64,000 bases of DNA from an uncultured Actinomycetota bacterium (GCA_963777655.1 CAVZQY010000003.1:149667-213666); one strand, 5' to 3'. Shown: positions 40,685-53,823, counted from the stretch's first letter. The notes: generated from the sequence alone by a model not told the origin. Numbers and translations are program-made.

Positions 40685-41092
40685 TCAGAGGTTCGGGAAC
40701 CAGAGCGCGATCTCGCGCTCGGCGCTCTCCGGGGAGTCGGAGCCGTGCACCAGGTTCTCGCGGTTGGAGAGCGCCAGGTCGCCGCGGATGCTGCCCGGGT
40801 CGGCCTTGCGCCCGTCGGTCGCGCCGTTCAGCGCGCGCACCACGTCGATGGCCTCGTCGCCCTCGAGCACCATGGCGACGAGCGGGCCGCTGGTGACGAA
40901 CGCGCGCAGCGGCGGGTAGAAGTCGCGCTCGACGTGCTCGGCGTAGTGCGTGTCGGCCAGCTGCTCGTCGATGGTGCGCTGCTCCATGGCCACGATCGAG
41001 AGCCCCTTCGCCTCGAACCGCGAGAGAACCTCTCCCACCAGGCCGCGGCGCACGGTGTCGGGCTTGAGAAGGACGAGGGTTCGCTGCGTCAT
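40685..41092 (-). CDS. ndk: Nucleoside diphosphate kinase
   Basis: RTLVLLKPD, PGSIRGD, NLVHGSDS. Confidence 0.97.
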   Translation of the reverse strand: MTQRTLVLLKPDTVRRGLVGEVLSRFEAKGLSIVAMEQRTIDEQLADTHYAEHVERDFYPPLRAFVTSGPLVAMVLEGDEAIDVVRALNGATDGRKADPGSIRGDLALSNRENLVHGSDSPESAEREIALWFPNL

Positions 41093-41102
41093 GGCGCGCA
41101 GC

Positions 41103-41561
41103 CTAGCGAGGCTCTTCGGCCGCCGATCCGGCCCCGTCGGGGCCGTCCTCGCCGCGGGCGGCCTCGTACGCGTCGTACGCCGCGGCCCGCTCCCGCTCGA
41201 TCTTGCGCCCGAGCAGGTCGGCCGTCGCCCAGAGGGCCGCGAAGACGGCGCCGAGGAAGAACATGGGTGGGACGAGCAGGCCGAGCGCGATCGCGCCGAC
41301 CTGCACCGCCCAGCCGGCCACGTACCCCGCGGCCGAGCGGAGCATCCCCGCGACGACGAGGCACGCGACGGCCACGCCGAGCCCGCTGACGAGCGCGGGG
41401 CCCACGGCGACGCCGCCCACGGCGACCATCACCGGCGTGCTCAGCGCGACGGTGATCGCCTCGAGGGAGAGCACCGCGGCGCACATGCCGCGCCGCGGTG
41501 AGCGCTCGGGACGCCCGGCGCGCACCGCCGCCTGCGGGTCCTGGCCGCCGTCCTCGTTCAC
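41103..41561 (-). CDS. DUF4233 family membrane protein
   Basis: GMCAAVLSLEAI, GWAVQV, MFFLGAVFAALW; typical position between folC and ndk. Confidence 0.8.
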   Translation of the reverse strand: MNEDGGQDPQAAVRAGRPERSPRRGMCAAVLSLEAITVALSTPVMVAVGGVAVGPALVSGLGVAVACLVVAGMLRSAAGYVAGWAVQVGAIALGLLVPPMFFLGAVFAALWATADLLGRKIERERAAAYDAYEAARGEDGPDGAGSAAEEPR

Positions 41562-42944
41562 TCGGTCCTCCGCACCAGCAGCGACCGGGCCTCGCCCACC
41601 GTGACCACCGAGCCGGTGACCAGCACGGCGCCGGAGGACAACGACGACCCCGTGTCCCCCTCCTCCGCCAGGCCGGCGGCGCGGTCCAGCGCGTCGGCCA
41701 GCCGCGGCAGCACGGTCACCCGCTCCTCGCCGAAGATCTCGACGGCCGTCTCGGCCAGCCGCTCCGCGGGCAGGGCGCGCTCGCCGCGCGGCTGGGTGAC
41801 CACCAGGTGGGTCAGCAGCGGCTCGAACGCGTGCAGGAGGCCCTCGGCGTCCTTGTCGCGCAGCACGCCGATCACGCCGATGACGCGGGTCGACCGCGAA
41901 CGAGTCCTCCACCGCCTCGGCCGTCGCGCGCGCGCCGGCCGGGTTGTGGGCCGCGTCCAGCAGGATCGTCGGGCTGGTGCGCACGATCTCCAGGCGACCG
42001 GGCGAGCTGGCCTCCTCGAAGGCGGCGCGGACGACGTCGTCGCCCAGCGGCTGGTCGCCTCCGACGAACGACTCGACGGCCGCGAGGGCCAGCGCGGCGT
42101 TCTGGGCCTGGTGGGCGCCGTACAGCGGGAGGAAGAGGTCGTCGTAGCGGGCCCGCAGGCCCTGCAGGGAGACCAGCTGGCCGCCCACGGCGGGGGTCCG
42201 CGAGACGACGCCGAACTCGAGGCCCTCGCGGGCCGGCGTCGCGCCGACCTCCGCGATGCGGTCGAGCACGACCTGCATCACCTCGGGCTCCTGCTGGGCG
42301 ACGACGGCGGTCGCGCCCTCGCGGATGATCCCGGCCTTCTCCACCGCGATGGCGGCCGGGTCGTCGCCCAGGTACTGCGCGTGGTCGAGCGCGACCGGAC
42401 CGATCACCGCCACGTCGCCGTGCGCGACGCTGGTCGCGTCCCAGGAACCGCCCATGCCGACCTCGACCACCGCGACGTCGACCGGCGCGTCGGCGAAGGC
42501 GGCGTAGGCCATCCCGACGACGGCCTCGAAGAAGGAGAGCGGGTGCGCCTCCTGCTCGTCGACGAGGTGGGTGAGCGGGGCGACGTCGTTGAAGGCGCGC
42601 ACGAAGTCCTCGTCCGACAGCGGCTCGCCGTCGATGCTGATCCGCTCGTTCATCCGCTCGACGTGCGGGCTGGTGAAGCGCCCGGTGCGCAGCTCGAGCG
42701 CGCGCAGCAGGGCGTCGATCATCCGGGCCGTGGAGGTCTTGCCGTTCGTGCCCGTGAGGTGGATGACGCGGAACGCCGTCTGCGGGTCGCCGAGCAGCTC
42801 GCAGAAGGCCGCGATCCGGTCGAGCGAGGGCTCGAGCCGGCTCTCGGGCCAGCGCGAGAGCAGGGCGTCCTCCGCCTCCGCGAAGGTCTCGGCGGAGCGA
42901 GGGGCGGGTGGCGGGCCGGGGGCCTCGGTCGGGGTGGCGTCCAT
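41558..42944 (-). CDS. folC: Folylpolyglutamate synthase/dihydrofolate synthase (apparent frameshift near 41885)
   Basis: [36 protein letters not shown]; then IGVLRDKD...VTGSVVTVG in another frame. Confidence 0.9.
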
Positions 42945-42955
42945 CGCCCCCGAGT

Positions 42956-43906
42956 CTAGGAGCCGGGCCGGCCGGCGCCCGCGTCGGCGTGGGTCGCGGC
43001 CCCGGGCACGAGACGGTGCATCGCGATGTCGTGGCGCGGCACGAAGCCGAGCCGCGCGTAGAGGGCGTTGGACGTGGGGTTGTCGAGGTCGGTGAACAGG
43101 CAGACCCGGTCCCCCGCCGCCCCGAGCAGTGCCGCGACCTCGGCGACCGCGCGAGCGGCGTAGCCCCGCCCCCGCCGGTCGGGCGGCGTGTACACCGGGG
43201 CGATCCGCGCCACCCCGCCCGCGGCCGGCGTCGCACCGCTCAGGTGCACCGGCGTGCCGTCGGCGTCCTCCCACAGCCAGGTCACGCCGTCGTCGATCCG
43301 CCGGCGCACCACGGCTGCGGTCCAGTGGTCGCCGGAACGGGAGGGTGGCCGGCCGGCCTGCTCCGCCGCCTCCGCGTCGAACCGCCGGAACCAGGCCAGG
43401 CACAGGTCCAGGTCGGCCGCGGTGGCCGGCCGCAACCTCCCCGGCGGGGCCGGAGGCATCACCAGGTCGCCGAGCTCGTGCAGACGGTGCGGCTCCTCGA
43501 CCACCACCCGCTCGCCGAGTCGGTCGGCGAGGCGGTCCGCGACCGTGCGCGCGGCCGGCAGCGACCCGTTGACGGCGCCGGGGTGCTCGTCCCGCTCGCC
43601 GACGGCGTCCGCCAGGGCGACGGCGGCGTCGGTGGCCATCGGGGTCACGTAGGCGGGGTACGGCGCGAACGGTGCGGTGCGCATGCCGGCGCCGACGACC
43701 TCGCCGCGCCCGTCGCGCACGGTCGCGAACCACCGGACCTCCGCGGGCACGGGAGCGTCTGGCTCCGACGCCGCGCGCCGCGCCTCGCCGCCCGCGACGC
43801 CGAGCGGCACGGTCCCCACCAGCGGGTCGGCCCGCAGGTGGTCACCCGCGGCCGCCAGGAAGGCGGCCGCGTCCCGGGTCATCTCGACGTGCACGGCCCG
43901 GTCCAT
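42956..43906 (-). CDS. GNAT family acetyltransferase
   Basis: [37 protein letters not shown]. Confidence 0.88.
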   Translation of the reverse strand: MDRAVHVEMTRDAAAFLAAAGDHLRADPLVGTVPLGVAGGEARRAASEPDAPVPAEVRWFATVRDGRGEVVGAGMRTAPFAPYPAYVTPMATDAAVALADAVGERDEHPGAVNGSLPAARTVADRLADRLGERVVVEEPHRLHELGDLVMPPAPPGRLRPATAADLDLCLAWFRRFDAEAAEQAGRPPSRSGDHWTAAVVRRRIDDGVTWLWEDADGTPVHLSGATPAAGGVARIAPVYTPPDRRGRGYAARAVAEVAALLGAAGDRVCLFTDLDNPTSNALYARLGFVPRHDIAMHRLVPGAATHADAGAGRPGS

Positions 43907-43984
43907 GCGGGCAGGCTAGGCAACGCCCGCCGAGCCCGGGAACTGGTTTTCTGGGCGTGGCGGCCGCTGCGTAGCATCGGCGCC

Positions 43985-46614
43985 ATGTCCCAGAGCCAGC
44001 AGCAGCCCGAGCAGTCCGCGACGACGACGCCCGAGGGCGCCGTCGTCGTACCGGACAAGCCGGCGCTCGAGGGCCTGGAGAAGAAGTGGGCCGGCCAGTG
44101 GCAGGCCGACGAGACCTACCGCTTCGACCGGACGCAGCCGCGCGAGCGCGTGTTCTCCATCGACACCCCGCCCCCGACGGTGTCGGGCTCGCTGCACGTC
44201 GGCCACGTCTTCTCCTACACGCACACCGACCTGATCGCCCGCTACCAGCGGATGCGCGGCAAGACCGTCTTCTACCCGATGGGCTGGGACGACAACGGCC
44301 TGCCCACCGAGCGGCGGGTGCAGAACTACTACGGCGTGCGCTGCGACCCGAGCCTGCCCTACGACGCGAGCTTCGAGCCGCCCGAGAAGCCCGACCCGAA
44401 GAAGCAGGTGCCGGTCAGCCGGCCGAACTTCGTCGAGCTCTGCGAGCGGCTCGTGGTGCAGGACGAGCAGGTCTTCGAGGCGCTGTGGCGCACCCTCGGC
44501 CTGTCGGTGGACTGGCAGGAGCACTACACGACCATCGGGCCCAAGGCCCAGACGGCCAGCCAGCGCGCGTTCCTGCGCAACGTCGCCCGCGGCGAGGCCT
44601 ACCTGCAGGAGGCGCCCACGCTGTGGGACGTCACGTTCCAGACGGCGGTGGCCCAGGCCGAGCTCGAGGCCCGCGAGTACCCCGGCCACTACCACCGCGT
44701 CGCGTTCCACACCGCCCCCACCGACGGCGGCGACAGCGCGCCGATCCACGTGGAGACGACGCGCCCCGAGCTGATCCCGGCCTGCGTCGCCCTCGTGGCG
44801 CACCCCGACGACGAGCGCTACCAGGCGCTCTTCGGCAGCACCGTCACCTCGCCGGTCTTCGGCGTCGAGCTGCCCGTGCTCGCGCACCCGGCGGCCGAGA
44901 TGGAGAAGGGCGCCGGCATCGCCATGTGCTGCACCTTCGGCGACCTCACCGACGTGAACTGGTGGCGCGAGCTCGACCTGCCGGTGCGCACCGTCATCGG
45001 CCGCGACGGCCGCTTCGGCCGCGAGACGCCCGCCTGGCTGGGTGGCGAGGCGGCCGCGGCGGCGTACGGCGACCTGGCCGGCAAGACCGTCTTCAGCGCC
45101 CGCGAGGCGATGGTCGAGAAGCTCCGCGGGAGCGGCGACCTCGACGGCGAGCCGACGCCCACGCAGCGGATGGCCAACTTCTTCGAGAAGGGCGACAAGC
45201 CGCTGGAGATCGTCTCGACGCGGCAGTGGTACATCCGCAACGGCGGTCGCGACGCCTCGCTGCGCGCGGAGATGCTGCAGCGCGGCGACGAGATGACGTG
45301 GGTCCCGGGCCACATGCGGCACCGGTTCGAGAACTGGGTGAACGGGCTGAACGGCGACTGGCTGATCTCGCGCCAGCGGTTCTTCGGGATCCCCTTCCCC
45401 GTCTGGTACCCGCTCGACCAGGACGGCGAGCCCGACCACGACCACCCGCTCCTCCCGCAGGAGTCGGAGCTGCCGGTCGACCCGTCGACCGACGCGCCGC
45501 GCGGCTACGAGGAGGACCAGCGCGGCAAACCGGGCGGTTTCACGGGCGACCCCGACGTCATGGACACCTGGGCCACCTCGTCGCTGACGCCGCACATCGC
45601 GGGCGGCTGGGAGACCGACGACGACCTCTTCGGCCGCATCTTCCCCATGGACCTGTGCAGCCAGGCGCACGACATCATCCGCACCTGGCTGTTCGGGCGC
45701 GTCGTCCGCGCCCACTTCGAGCACGGCATGGTGCCGTGGTCCCACGCCATGCTGTCGGGCTTCGTGGTCGACCCGGACCGCAAGAAGATGTCGAAGTCCA
45801 AGGGGAACGTCGTCGTGCCCACCGACATCCTCGAGCGCTTCGGCGCGGACGCCGTCCGCTGGCGCGCGGCCACCGCGCGGCCCGGCCTGGACTCCCCCTT
45901 CGACGAGTCGCAGATGAAGGTCGGCCGGCGGCTGGCGATGAAGGTGCTCAACGCCTCGAAGTTCGTGCTCGGCGGGGTGGGGGCGAGCAGCCTGCGCCCC
46001 GAGGACGTCACCGAGCCGCTGGACTGCGCCCTGCTCGGCGGGCTCGAGTCCGTCGTGCGCCGCGCGACCGACGCCTTCGAGGCCTACGACTACACCTCCG
46101 CCCTCGAGGTCACCGAGCGGTTCTTCTGGGAGTTCTGCGACGACTACCTCGAGCTGGTCAAGGAGCGCGCCTACGGCGAGGGCGGCGCCGGGACGGCCTC
46201 GGCGCGCGCCACCCTGGCGATCGCGCTGCACGTGCAGCTGCGGCTGCTCGCGCCGTTCCTGGCCTACTCCACCGAGGAGGTCTGGTCGTGGTGGCAGGAG
46301 GGCTCGGTGCACCTGCAGGCCTGGCCCGACGCCGACGAGCTGGGCTCCATCGCGTCGGCCGACCCCGCGCTGCTGGACGCCGTCGCCGCGGCGCTGGGCG
46401 GCATCCGCGGGGCGAAGTCGCAGGCCAAGGTGGGGATGCGCACCGAGGTGCTGCGCGCCGAGGTCAGCGGCCCGGCCTCGCTCGTGGGCGCCGCCCGCGC
46501 CGCCGAGGACGACCTCCGCAAGGCCGGCAAGGTGACCGGCGAGCTGCTCTTCACCGCCGTGGACGGCGCCGAGGGGATCTCGGTCGAGGTGGAGCTGGCC
46601 GGTACCGACTGTAG
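43985..46614 (+). CDS. valS: Valine--tRNA ligase (likely stop TAG 46612-46614 is out of frame; the ORF as assembled runs to 47143)
   Basis: [56 protein letters not shown]. Confidence 0.93.
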
Positions 46615-46619
46615 GGCTC

Positions 46620-47874
46620 TCAGCCGCGGTCCTGCTCCCGGGGCTGCTCCTCGGCCTGCTTCTCCGGGCTGCTGGCCGGGGCTGCTGGTCCTGGGGCTGC
46701 TGGTCCTGGGGCTGCTGGTCCTGGGGCTGCTCGTCCCGCGCGGGCTGCTCCGGCGGGCACTCGGGGTGCGGCTGCTCCTCCTGGACGGGGGTCGCCTCCT
46801 CGCCGGGGGCCTCGCCCTGCGACGGCTGCTCACCGTCGTCCGGCGCCTCACCCTGCGACGGCGCCTCACCCTGCGACGGCGCCTCACCCTGCGACGGGGC
46901 CTCGCCCTGCGGCGGGGGTCTCGCCCTCGGCGGGGGCCTCACCCTGCGACGGGGCCTCGCCCTGCGACGGGGCCTCGCCCTCCGCGGGCTCACCCGGCCC
47001 GGCGGGTTCAGGCTGCTCGCCCTGGTCGAGCTCCTCGCAGGGCTCGTCCTCGCCGTGCTCGTGGCCCTCGTGGTCGTCCTGGTCGCCGCGACCCGGCTTG
47101 CCACCACTGGCTCCGGAGCCGCGGTCCGGGGTGGACGGGTTGACCGTGCCGTCGCCGGCACCGTCGCCGTCGCCGTCGCCGTCGCCGCCGCCGTCACCGT
47201 CGCCGTCACTGTCAGCGGTGCCGGAGCCGCCCGTGACCGTGCCGCGGCCCTTGTCCTGACCTGCGGCCGCGCCGCGGCCCTTGTCCTCGCCACCGGGCTG
47301 CGAGACCTGCGCCCCGGCCACCACGCCACCCGAGCCACCCGGGCCACCCGAGCGAGCCACCCGGGCCACCGGGGCCGTCCGTGTCGCCGCCGGAGCCGGA
47401 GTCCCCAGTGGAGCCGGTGGAGCCCGTGGAGCCTGTGGAGCCGGTGGAGCCCGTGGAGCCCGTGGAGCCGGTGGAGCCCGTGGAGCCGGCCTCGGCGGCG
47501 GTCGCGCCGCCGCCGGTGGCGCCCTCGCTCGAGTCCGTCGCCGTCCCAGCACCGGCGGTCGCGGCCCCCGCGACCGTGGTCCCGTCGCTGGAGCCCGCCG
47601 CGCCGGAGTCGCCATCGGTGGCTGCCGACTCCCCGGTGTCACCGCTGCCCGCCGCGGTCTCGTCCGCCGGGTCGGTGGGCGCGACCGGCACGAGCAGCTC
47701 GCCGGTCATGGGGACGCGGTCGTCGCCCACGAACGTCTGCTCCAGACCGGGGACGGCCTGCAGCATGCCGACCAGGCGCTCAGAGTTGAGCAGACCGTTC
47801 ATCGTCACTGCGCACGCCACGCAGAGGACCAGGAACGCGGCCAGCGGCCGACGATGCTTCGAGACCAATTTCAT
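46620..47874 (-). CDS. Low-complexity exported/membrane-anchored hypothetical protein (TGS, DG, QGEAPS and QQPQD repeats) with several frame breaks
   Basis: N-terminal KHRR plus hydrophobic helix; sensible repeat segments are spread over three ORF frames; ends [18 protein letters not shown]. Confidence 0.6.
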
Positions 47875-48066
47875 CACCCGCGACAAGCCTCTGTGACTCA
47901 CGGAACACGCGCTGGGCGTTTGATGATTTCTTTAGGTTTGGGCCGGTCTGATCGCCGACTGGTATAGCCCACCTGGGCGTGAGCGCGGGCAGCACGGCAC
48001 GCCAGCACCCCGGTGCTGCGGCGCCCGATGGCGCCCGATGGCGCCCCGGACGGGGCGCCCGTCGAC

Positions 48067-49347
<1,281 letters not shown>

Positions 49348-49507
49348 GGCGGCCATCCTCCGGTCCGGCCCGCGTCGGACGCGGGCGTCGTGTGCATACA
49401 TCGACTGCGGCGGGGTGATCTCGACCACCCCAGGCCCTGACGGTACCCCCTACCCCGCCCGTCGCGGCACCGGACACGGGGGTCTTGTCCATCCCGGCCG
49501 GACGACC

Positions 49508-50113
49508 TCAGAGGGCCGACGCGGCCTTGCGGGACTCGATCACGTTGTCGATCAGGCCGTAGTCGACGGCCTGCTCGGCCGTCAGGATCTTGTCGCGCTC
49601 GATGTCCTGCGAGACGTCCTCCGGCTTCTTGCCGGTGTGCTCCGCGATCATCGTCTCGAGCAGCGTGCGCATCCGGATGATCTCGTTCGCCTGGATCTCG
49701 ATGTCCGAGGTCTGGCCGAACGTGCCCTCGGTGTAGGGCTGGTGGATCAGGATCCGGCTGTTGGGCAGCGCCAGGCGCTTGCCGGGCGCGCCCGCCGCGA
49801 GCAGGATCGCCGCGGCCGAGGCCGCCTGGCCCAGGCACACCGTCTGCACGTCGGGCTTGATGAAGCGCATCGTGTCGTAGATGGCCGTCAGCGCCGTGAA
49901 CGAGCCGCCCGGCGAGTTGATGTAGATCTGGATGTCGGCGTCGGGGTTCATCGACTCCAGGCACATCAGCTGCGCCATCACCGCGTTGGCGATGTCGTCG
50001 CTGATCGGGGTGCCGAGGAAGATGATGCGCTCCTCGAACAGCTTGCCGTAGGGGTCGATCCGCCGGAAGCCGTAGGAGGTGCGCTCCTCCCACTGCGGGA
50101 TGTAGTAGTTCAT
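49508..50113 (-). CDS. clpP: ATP-dependent Clp protease proteolytic subunit (ClpP2)
   Basis: [38 protein letters not shown]. Confidence 0.95.
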   Translation of the reverse strand: MNYYIPQWEERTSYGFRRIDPYGKLFEERIIFLGTPISDDIANAVMAQLMCLESMNPDADIQIYINSPGGSFTALTAIYDTMRFIKPDVQTVCLGQAASAAAILLAAGAPGKRLALPNSRILIHQPYTEGTFGQTSDIEIQANEIIRMRTLLETMIAEHTGKKPEDVSQDIERDKILTAEQAVDYGLIDNVIESRKAASAL

Positions 50114-50123
50114 CGTCTCGTCC

Positions 50124-50774
50124 TCACTTCTGGCCGGAGCGGCCCTCGTCGGCGGCGGCCTCGCGCACGGTCTTGATGACCTGGTCGACCAGGCCGTACT
50201 CCAGCGCCTGGTCGGCGGTGAACCAGCGGTCGCGGTCGGCGTCGGCCGTCACCTGGTCGACCGACTGGCCGGTGTGCTCGGCGATCAGCTCGAGCAGGAC
50301 CTTCTTGATGTGCAGCGACTGCTGGGCCTGGATCTTGATGTCCGAGGCCGAGCCGCCCATGCCCGAGGAGGGCTGGTGCATCATGATCCGGGCGTGCGGC
50401 AGCGCGTAGCGCTTGCCGGGGGCGCCGGCGCACAGCAGGAACTGGCCCATCGACGCCGCCAGCCCCATGCCGACGGTCGCCACGTCGTTGGGGATGTAGT
50501 TCATCGTGTCGTAGATCGCCATGCCGGCGTCGACCGATCCCCCGGGCGAGTTGATGTGCAGGAAGATGTCCGCCTCGGGGTCCTCGGCCGACAGCAGCAG
50601 CAGCTGGGCGCAGATCGCGTTGGCGTTCTGGTCGCGGACCTCGCTGCCGAGGAAGACGATCCGCTCGCGGAGCAACCGCTGGTAGACGTTGTCGTCGAGT
50701 CCGTAGCTGGGCGTGCCCGCCTCCATGCGTGCGTCCATGCGCGGGCCGGTCTCGTGGCTGGGAGTGTCGTTCAC
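50124..50774 (-). CDS. clpP: ATP-dependent Clp protease proteolytic subunit (ClpP1)
   Basis: [39 protein letters not shown]. Confidence 0.95.
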   Translation of the reverse strand: MNDTPSHETGPRMDARMEAGTPSYGLDDNVYQRLLRERIVFLGSEVRDQNANAICAQLLLLSAEDPEADIFLHINSPGGSVDAGMAIYDTMNYIPNDVATVGMGLAASMGQFLLCAGAPGKRYALPHARIMMHQPSSGMGGSASDIKIQAQQSLHIKKVLLELIAEHTGQSVDQVTADADRDRWFTADQALEYGLVDQVIKTVREAAADEGRSGQK

Positions 50775-50931
50775 GGAGTTGACCCTAGCCCGGCGCGGGG
50801 ACGCTCACACGGAGTGTCCCCCGGTGTTCGCCGACAGCGGACGTGCCGGGGCGACCGCCCCGCCCGGCGTTCGCCCACGGCGTACGCGCGAGCACCGGCC
50901 GACGCCGCGCCCGAGGGGCCGCCGCGGGACG

Positions 50932-52146
50932 TCACGCGAGCCAGCGCCGCAGCGCCTGCGCCACCTCGGGGTGGTTGAGGAGCGCGAGGTGACCGGCGCC
51001 GCCGACGTGCAGCGTCTCGCCGTCGGGGAAGAGCGCGCGGCCGGCTCGGCGGCCGTACGCCGACTCGGCCCGCACCAGCAGGTCCCCGAGCAGCCAGCCC
51101 ACCGGGTGCCGCTCCGAGCGCGTCACGGTCGCGGCCACGAGCCGGTAGCGCGCGTGCGGCAGCGGCGCCACGTCCTCGCCCAGCCCCACCACCAGGTCGT
51201 GCACGCCGCGCGAGCGCCAGTCGAGGAGCCGGCCGAAGGCCGCCGTCTCGGGCAGGCGGGCGAGGGCGCGGCTGCCGTGCCCGACGCCGATCGCCAGCGG
51301 TGCGCCGAAGTGCGGCGACCCGAGCATCACCACGTCGGTGACCAGCCGCGTCCACGGGTGCGGCCGGCCGTCGCCGGCGGCCACGGCCCCGGCGGCCCGG
51401 CTGACGAGGCCGCCCATCGAGTGGCCGACCAGGGCGACCCGCTCGACCGGCACCGGCCAGCGGTCGACCAGCCGCTGCAGCAGCGCGGCCAGCGCGACGC
51501 CGTTCTCGCGCAGCGGCAGGCCCGTGTTGGCGCGCAGCAGCACCGGCGTCCACCCCTGCGCGGCCAGCTCCTCGGCGTAGGTGGTGCCGCGCTCGTGGCG
51601 CTGGGCTCCCCAGGCCTCCTCGCTCTCGCACAGCCCGTGCAGGAGGACCACGACGCGGCCGGAGGCGCCCGGGAACGCCCCGGCGAGGCCGGTGGCCGTC
51701 GGGGCCACGTCCCGGCCGCCCGCCCGCACGGCCATCTCGATGGCGAGACGGGGGCGCTCGTCAGCGAGCCGGTCGCCGATCAGGCCGTGGACGGCGGCGT
51801 TCAGGAAGCGCCCGCGCGGGTCCTCCTCGAGGCGCGGCCCGGCGCCGGTCGACGCCGCGGCGGCCAACCCGCGGGAGGCGCCGCGGAAGCCGGCCCCGAG
51901 CCCGCCGTAGATGCCGCCGGCGATCGCGCGGTGGAGGGTGCCGGCGGCACGGGAGGCGCCGCCCGTCGAGGGGTCGACGAGACCGTGCACCCGGTCGGTG
52001 ATCGCGCGGTGGGTGTCGCGGGCGGAGCACACGACCAGCTCGTCCACGACCTCGGCGAGCAGCGAGAGGGCGTCGAGCACGCCCGGGCCCCCGCCGGGGC
52101 GGGGGCCGCGGGCGCGGACGTCGTGGCGGTCGACGGGTGCGGTCAC
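50932..52146 (-). CDS. Alpha/beta hydrolase (lipase/PGAP1-like)
   Basis: VVLLHGLC, LVGHSMGGL, LGSPHFGAPL, GDLLV, GHLALLNHP. Confidence 0.82.
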   Translation of the reverse strand: MTAPVDRHDVRARGPRPGGGPGVLDALSLLAEVVDELVVCSARDTHRAITDRVHGLVDPSTGGASRAAGTLHRAIAGGIYGGLGAGFRGASRGLAAAASTGAGPRLEEDPRGRFLNAAVHGLIGDRLADERPRLAIEMAVRAGGRDVAPTATGLAGAFPGASGRVVVLLHGLCESEEAWGAQRHERGTTYAEELAAQGWTPVLLRANTGLPLRENGVALAALLQRLVDRWPVPVERVALVGHSMGGLVSRAAGAVAAGDGRPHPWTRLVTDVVMLGSPHFGAPLAIGVGHGSRALARLPETAAFGRLLDWRSRGVHDLVVGLGEDVAPLPHARYRLVAATVTRSERHPVGWLLGDLLVRAESAYGRRAGRALFPDGETLHVGGAGHLALLNHPEVAQALRRWLA

Positions 52147-52157
52147 CCGACCATTGT

Positions 52158-52193
52158 CGCGAGTTGAGTGAACGACTGTCCACTCAACTCGCG
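52158..52193. terminator. 13-bp perfect inverted repeat CGCGAGTTGAGTG-N10-CACTCAACTCGCG downstream of tig
   Basis: Hairpin 7 nt after the tig stop; no U-tract. Confidence 0.6.
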
Positions 52194-52200
52194 GTGCCGA

Positions 52201-53628
52201 TCAGCCCTCCGAGGGCTTCTCCTCGGCCTGCTCGGCAGCCTCGTCGGCGGCCGGGGCGTCCTCGGCAGCCTCCTCGGCCAGCTCCTCGTCCGAGACGTCC
52301 TTGATGGTGCCGTCGGGCTGCAGGCCCTTCAGCTCCACCGGGTTGCCGGACGCGTCGGTGACCACCGCGGACTCGACGAGCGTCGCCAGCGCCTTGCCGC
52401 GCAGGATCTCCTGCACCAGCTCGGGGATGTGGTTGTGCTCGAACATGTGGTTCGCGAACTCCTGCGGGTCCTGACCCGACTGCTGGGCCCGCTGGACCAG
52501 GTGCTGCGAGAGGTCCTGCTGCTCGACGCCGAGCTCCTCGCGCTTCGCGATCTCGTCGAGGAGGAACTGCGCGGCCACGGCGTCACGCACGCGGCGCTCG
52601 AGGTCGGCCTCGAACTCGTCGATGGTCTGCTCCTCGTCCTTGAGGTAGGCCTCCATCGTCATGCCGGCCATCTGGAGCTGCTGCTCCATGTTCTGGCGCC
52701 GCGCGTTGAGCTCCTGCTCGACCATCGACTCGGGCAGCGGCACCTCGACCTTGTCGAGGAGCGCCTCGAGGACGGCGTCGCGTGCGGCCGCGGCCTGCTC
52801 GAGTCGCTTGTTGTTCGCCAGCTGGTCGCGCTCGTGCGCGGTGAGCTCCTCGATCGTGTCGAACTCGGAGGCCATCTGGGCGAACTCCTCGTCCAGCTCG
52901 GGCAGCTCCTGCTCCTGCACCTGCTGGACGGTGACCGCGACCTCGACGTCCTGGCCGATCATGTCGCCGCCGACGAGCTGGGAGGTGAAGTTGGCCGACT
53001 CGCCCGGCGCCAGCCCGGTGAGCGCCTCGTCGAGGCCCTCGAGCATCCCGCCGCGGCCGACCTGGTAGGACATGCCGCTGACCTCGGCGCCCTCGATGGG
53101 CTGGCCGTCCTGGGTGGCGACCAGGTCCATGACCACGTAGTCGCCGTCGGCGGCCGCGCGCTCGACGTCGTTCAGGGTGCCGAAGCGCTCGCGCAAGGAC
53201 TGCAGCCGCTGCTCGACCTCGCTGTCGGGCACCTCGATGTCCTCCACCTGCGCCTCGAGGCCCTGGTAGGCGGGCAGCTCGACGTCGGGCTTGACCTCGA
53301 CCTCGGCGGTGAACTCCAGCGCCTCGTTGTCCTCGAGGCGCGTCACCTCGATCTCGGGCTGGGCCACGGGCTCCAGGGAGTTCTCCTGGAGGGCCTCCAT
53401 GTACTTGTTGGGCAGCAGCTCCTGGACGGCCTCGTTGAGCACGGCGCCGCGGCCGACCTGCTTGTCGATCACCACCGGCGGGACCTTGCCGCGCCGGAAG
53501 CCGGGCACGTTGATCTGCTTGGCGATCTGCTGGTAGGCCGCGTCGAGGCTCGGCTTGAGCTCCTCGAAGGGCACCTCGACGGTGAGCTTGGCCCGGGTGG
53601 GGCTCAAGGTCTCGACGGCGCTCTTCAC
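52201..53628 (-). CDS. tig: Trigger factor
   Basis: (M)KSAVETLSPTRAKLTVEV, VPGFRRGKVP; AGGAG RBS. Confidence 0.95.
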   Translation of the reverse strand: MKSAVETLSPTRAKLTVEVPFEELKPSLDAAYQQIAKQINVPGFRRGKVPPVVIDKQVGRGAVLNEAVQELLPNKYMEALQENSLEPVAQPEIEVTRLEDNEALEFTAEVEVKPDVELPAYQGLEAQVEDIEVPDSEVEQRLQSLRERFGTLNDVERAAADGDYVVMDLVATQDGQPIEGAEVSGMSYQVGRGGMLEGLDEALTGLAPGESANFTSQLVGGDMIGQDVEVAVTVQQVQEQELPELDEEFAQMASEFDTIEELTAHERDQLANNKRLEQAAAARDAVLEALLDKVEVPLPESMVEQELNARRQNMEQQLQMAGMTMEAYLKDEEQTIDEFEADLERRVRDAVAAQFLLDEIAKREELGVEQQDLSQHLVQRAQQSGQDPQEFANHMFEHNHIPELVQEILRGKALATLVESAVVTDASGNPVELKGLQPDGTIKDVSDEELAEEAAEDAPAADEAAEQAEEKPSEG

Positions 53629-53719
53629 CGCTGGACTCCTCATTCCTGTTGGACGATCGTGCTCGGTTGCCGGCCGTCCCCCGGGCCGCGGCGCGGCCTG
53701 CTGTCGGGGTCGTGGCCGG

Positions 53720-53792
53720 TCGGGGCGACAGGACTCGAACCTGCGATCTCCTGCTCCCAAAGCAGGCGCGCTAGCCACTACGCTACGCCCCG
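53720..53792 (-). tRNA. tRNA-Pro (anticodon TGG)
   Basis: CGGGGCGTAGCGTAGTGG...CCTGC-TTTGGGA-GCAGG...GGTTCGAGTCC...CGCCCCGA cloverleaf; CCA not encoded. Confidence 0.95.
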
Positions 53793-53823
53793 CCAAGTGC
53801 GTCCGGTCACCCGTGACGCCGCT

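Noticed and set aside
36930..42944. Calling mreC, mreD, folC and the nitronate monooxygenase pseudogenes
   Set aside because: Both halves are intact with single frame breaks, which fits sequencing indels better than decay.
41103..43733. 876-aa FolC-DUF4233 fusion
   Set aside because: Caused by a frame break near 41885; the FolC C-terminus is in another frame and ends at 41558.
46615..47143. C-terminal extension of ValS
   Set aside because: It is the antisense translation of the convergent repeat-rich gene; a TAG lies out of frame exactly where ValS should end.
48019..48064. Short GGCGCCCGAT tandem and GC hairpin after clpX
   Set aside because: Probably an ordinary terminator-like stem; too short and GC-rich to support more.
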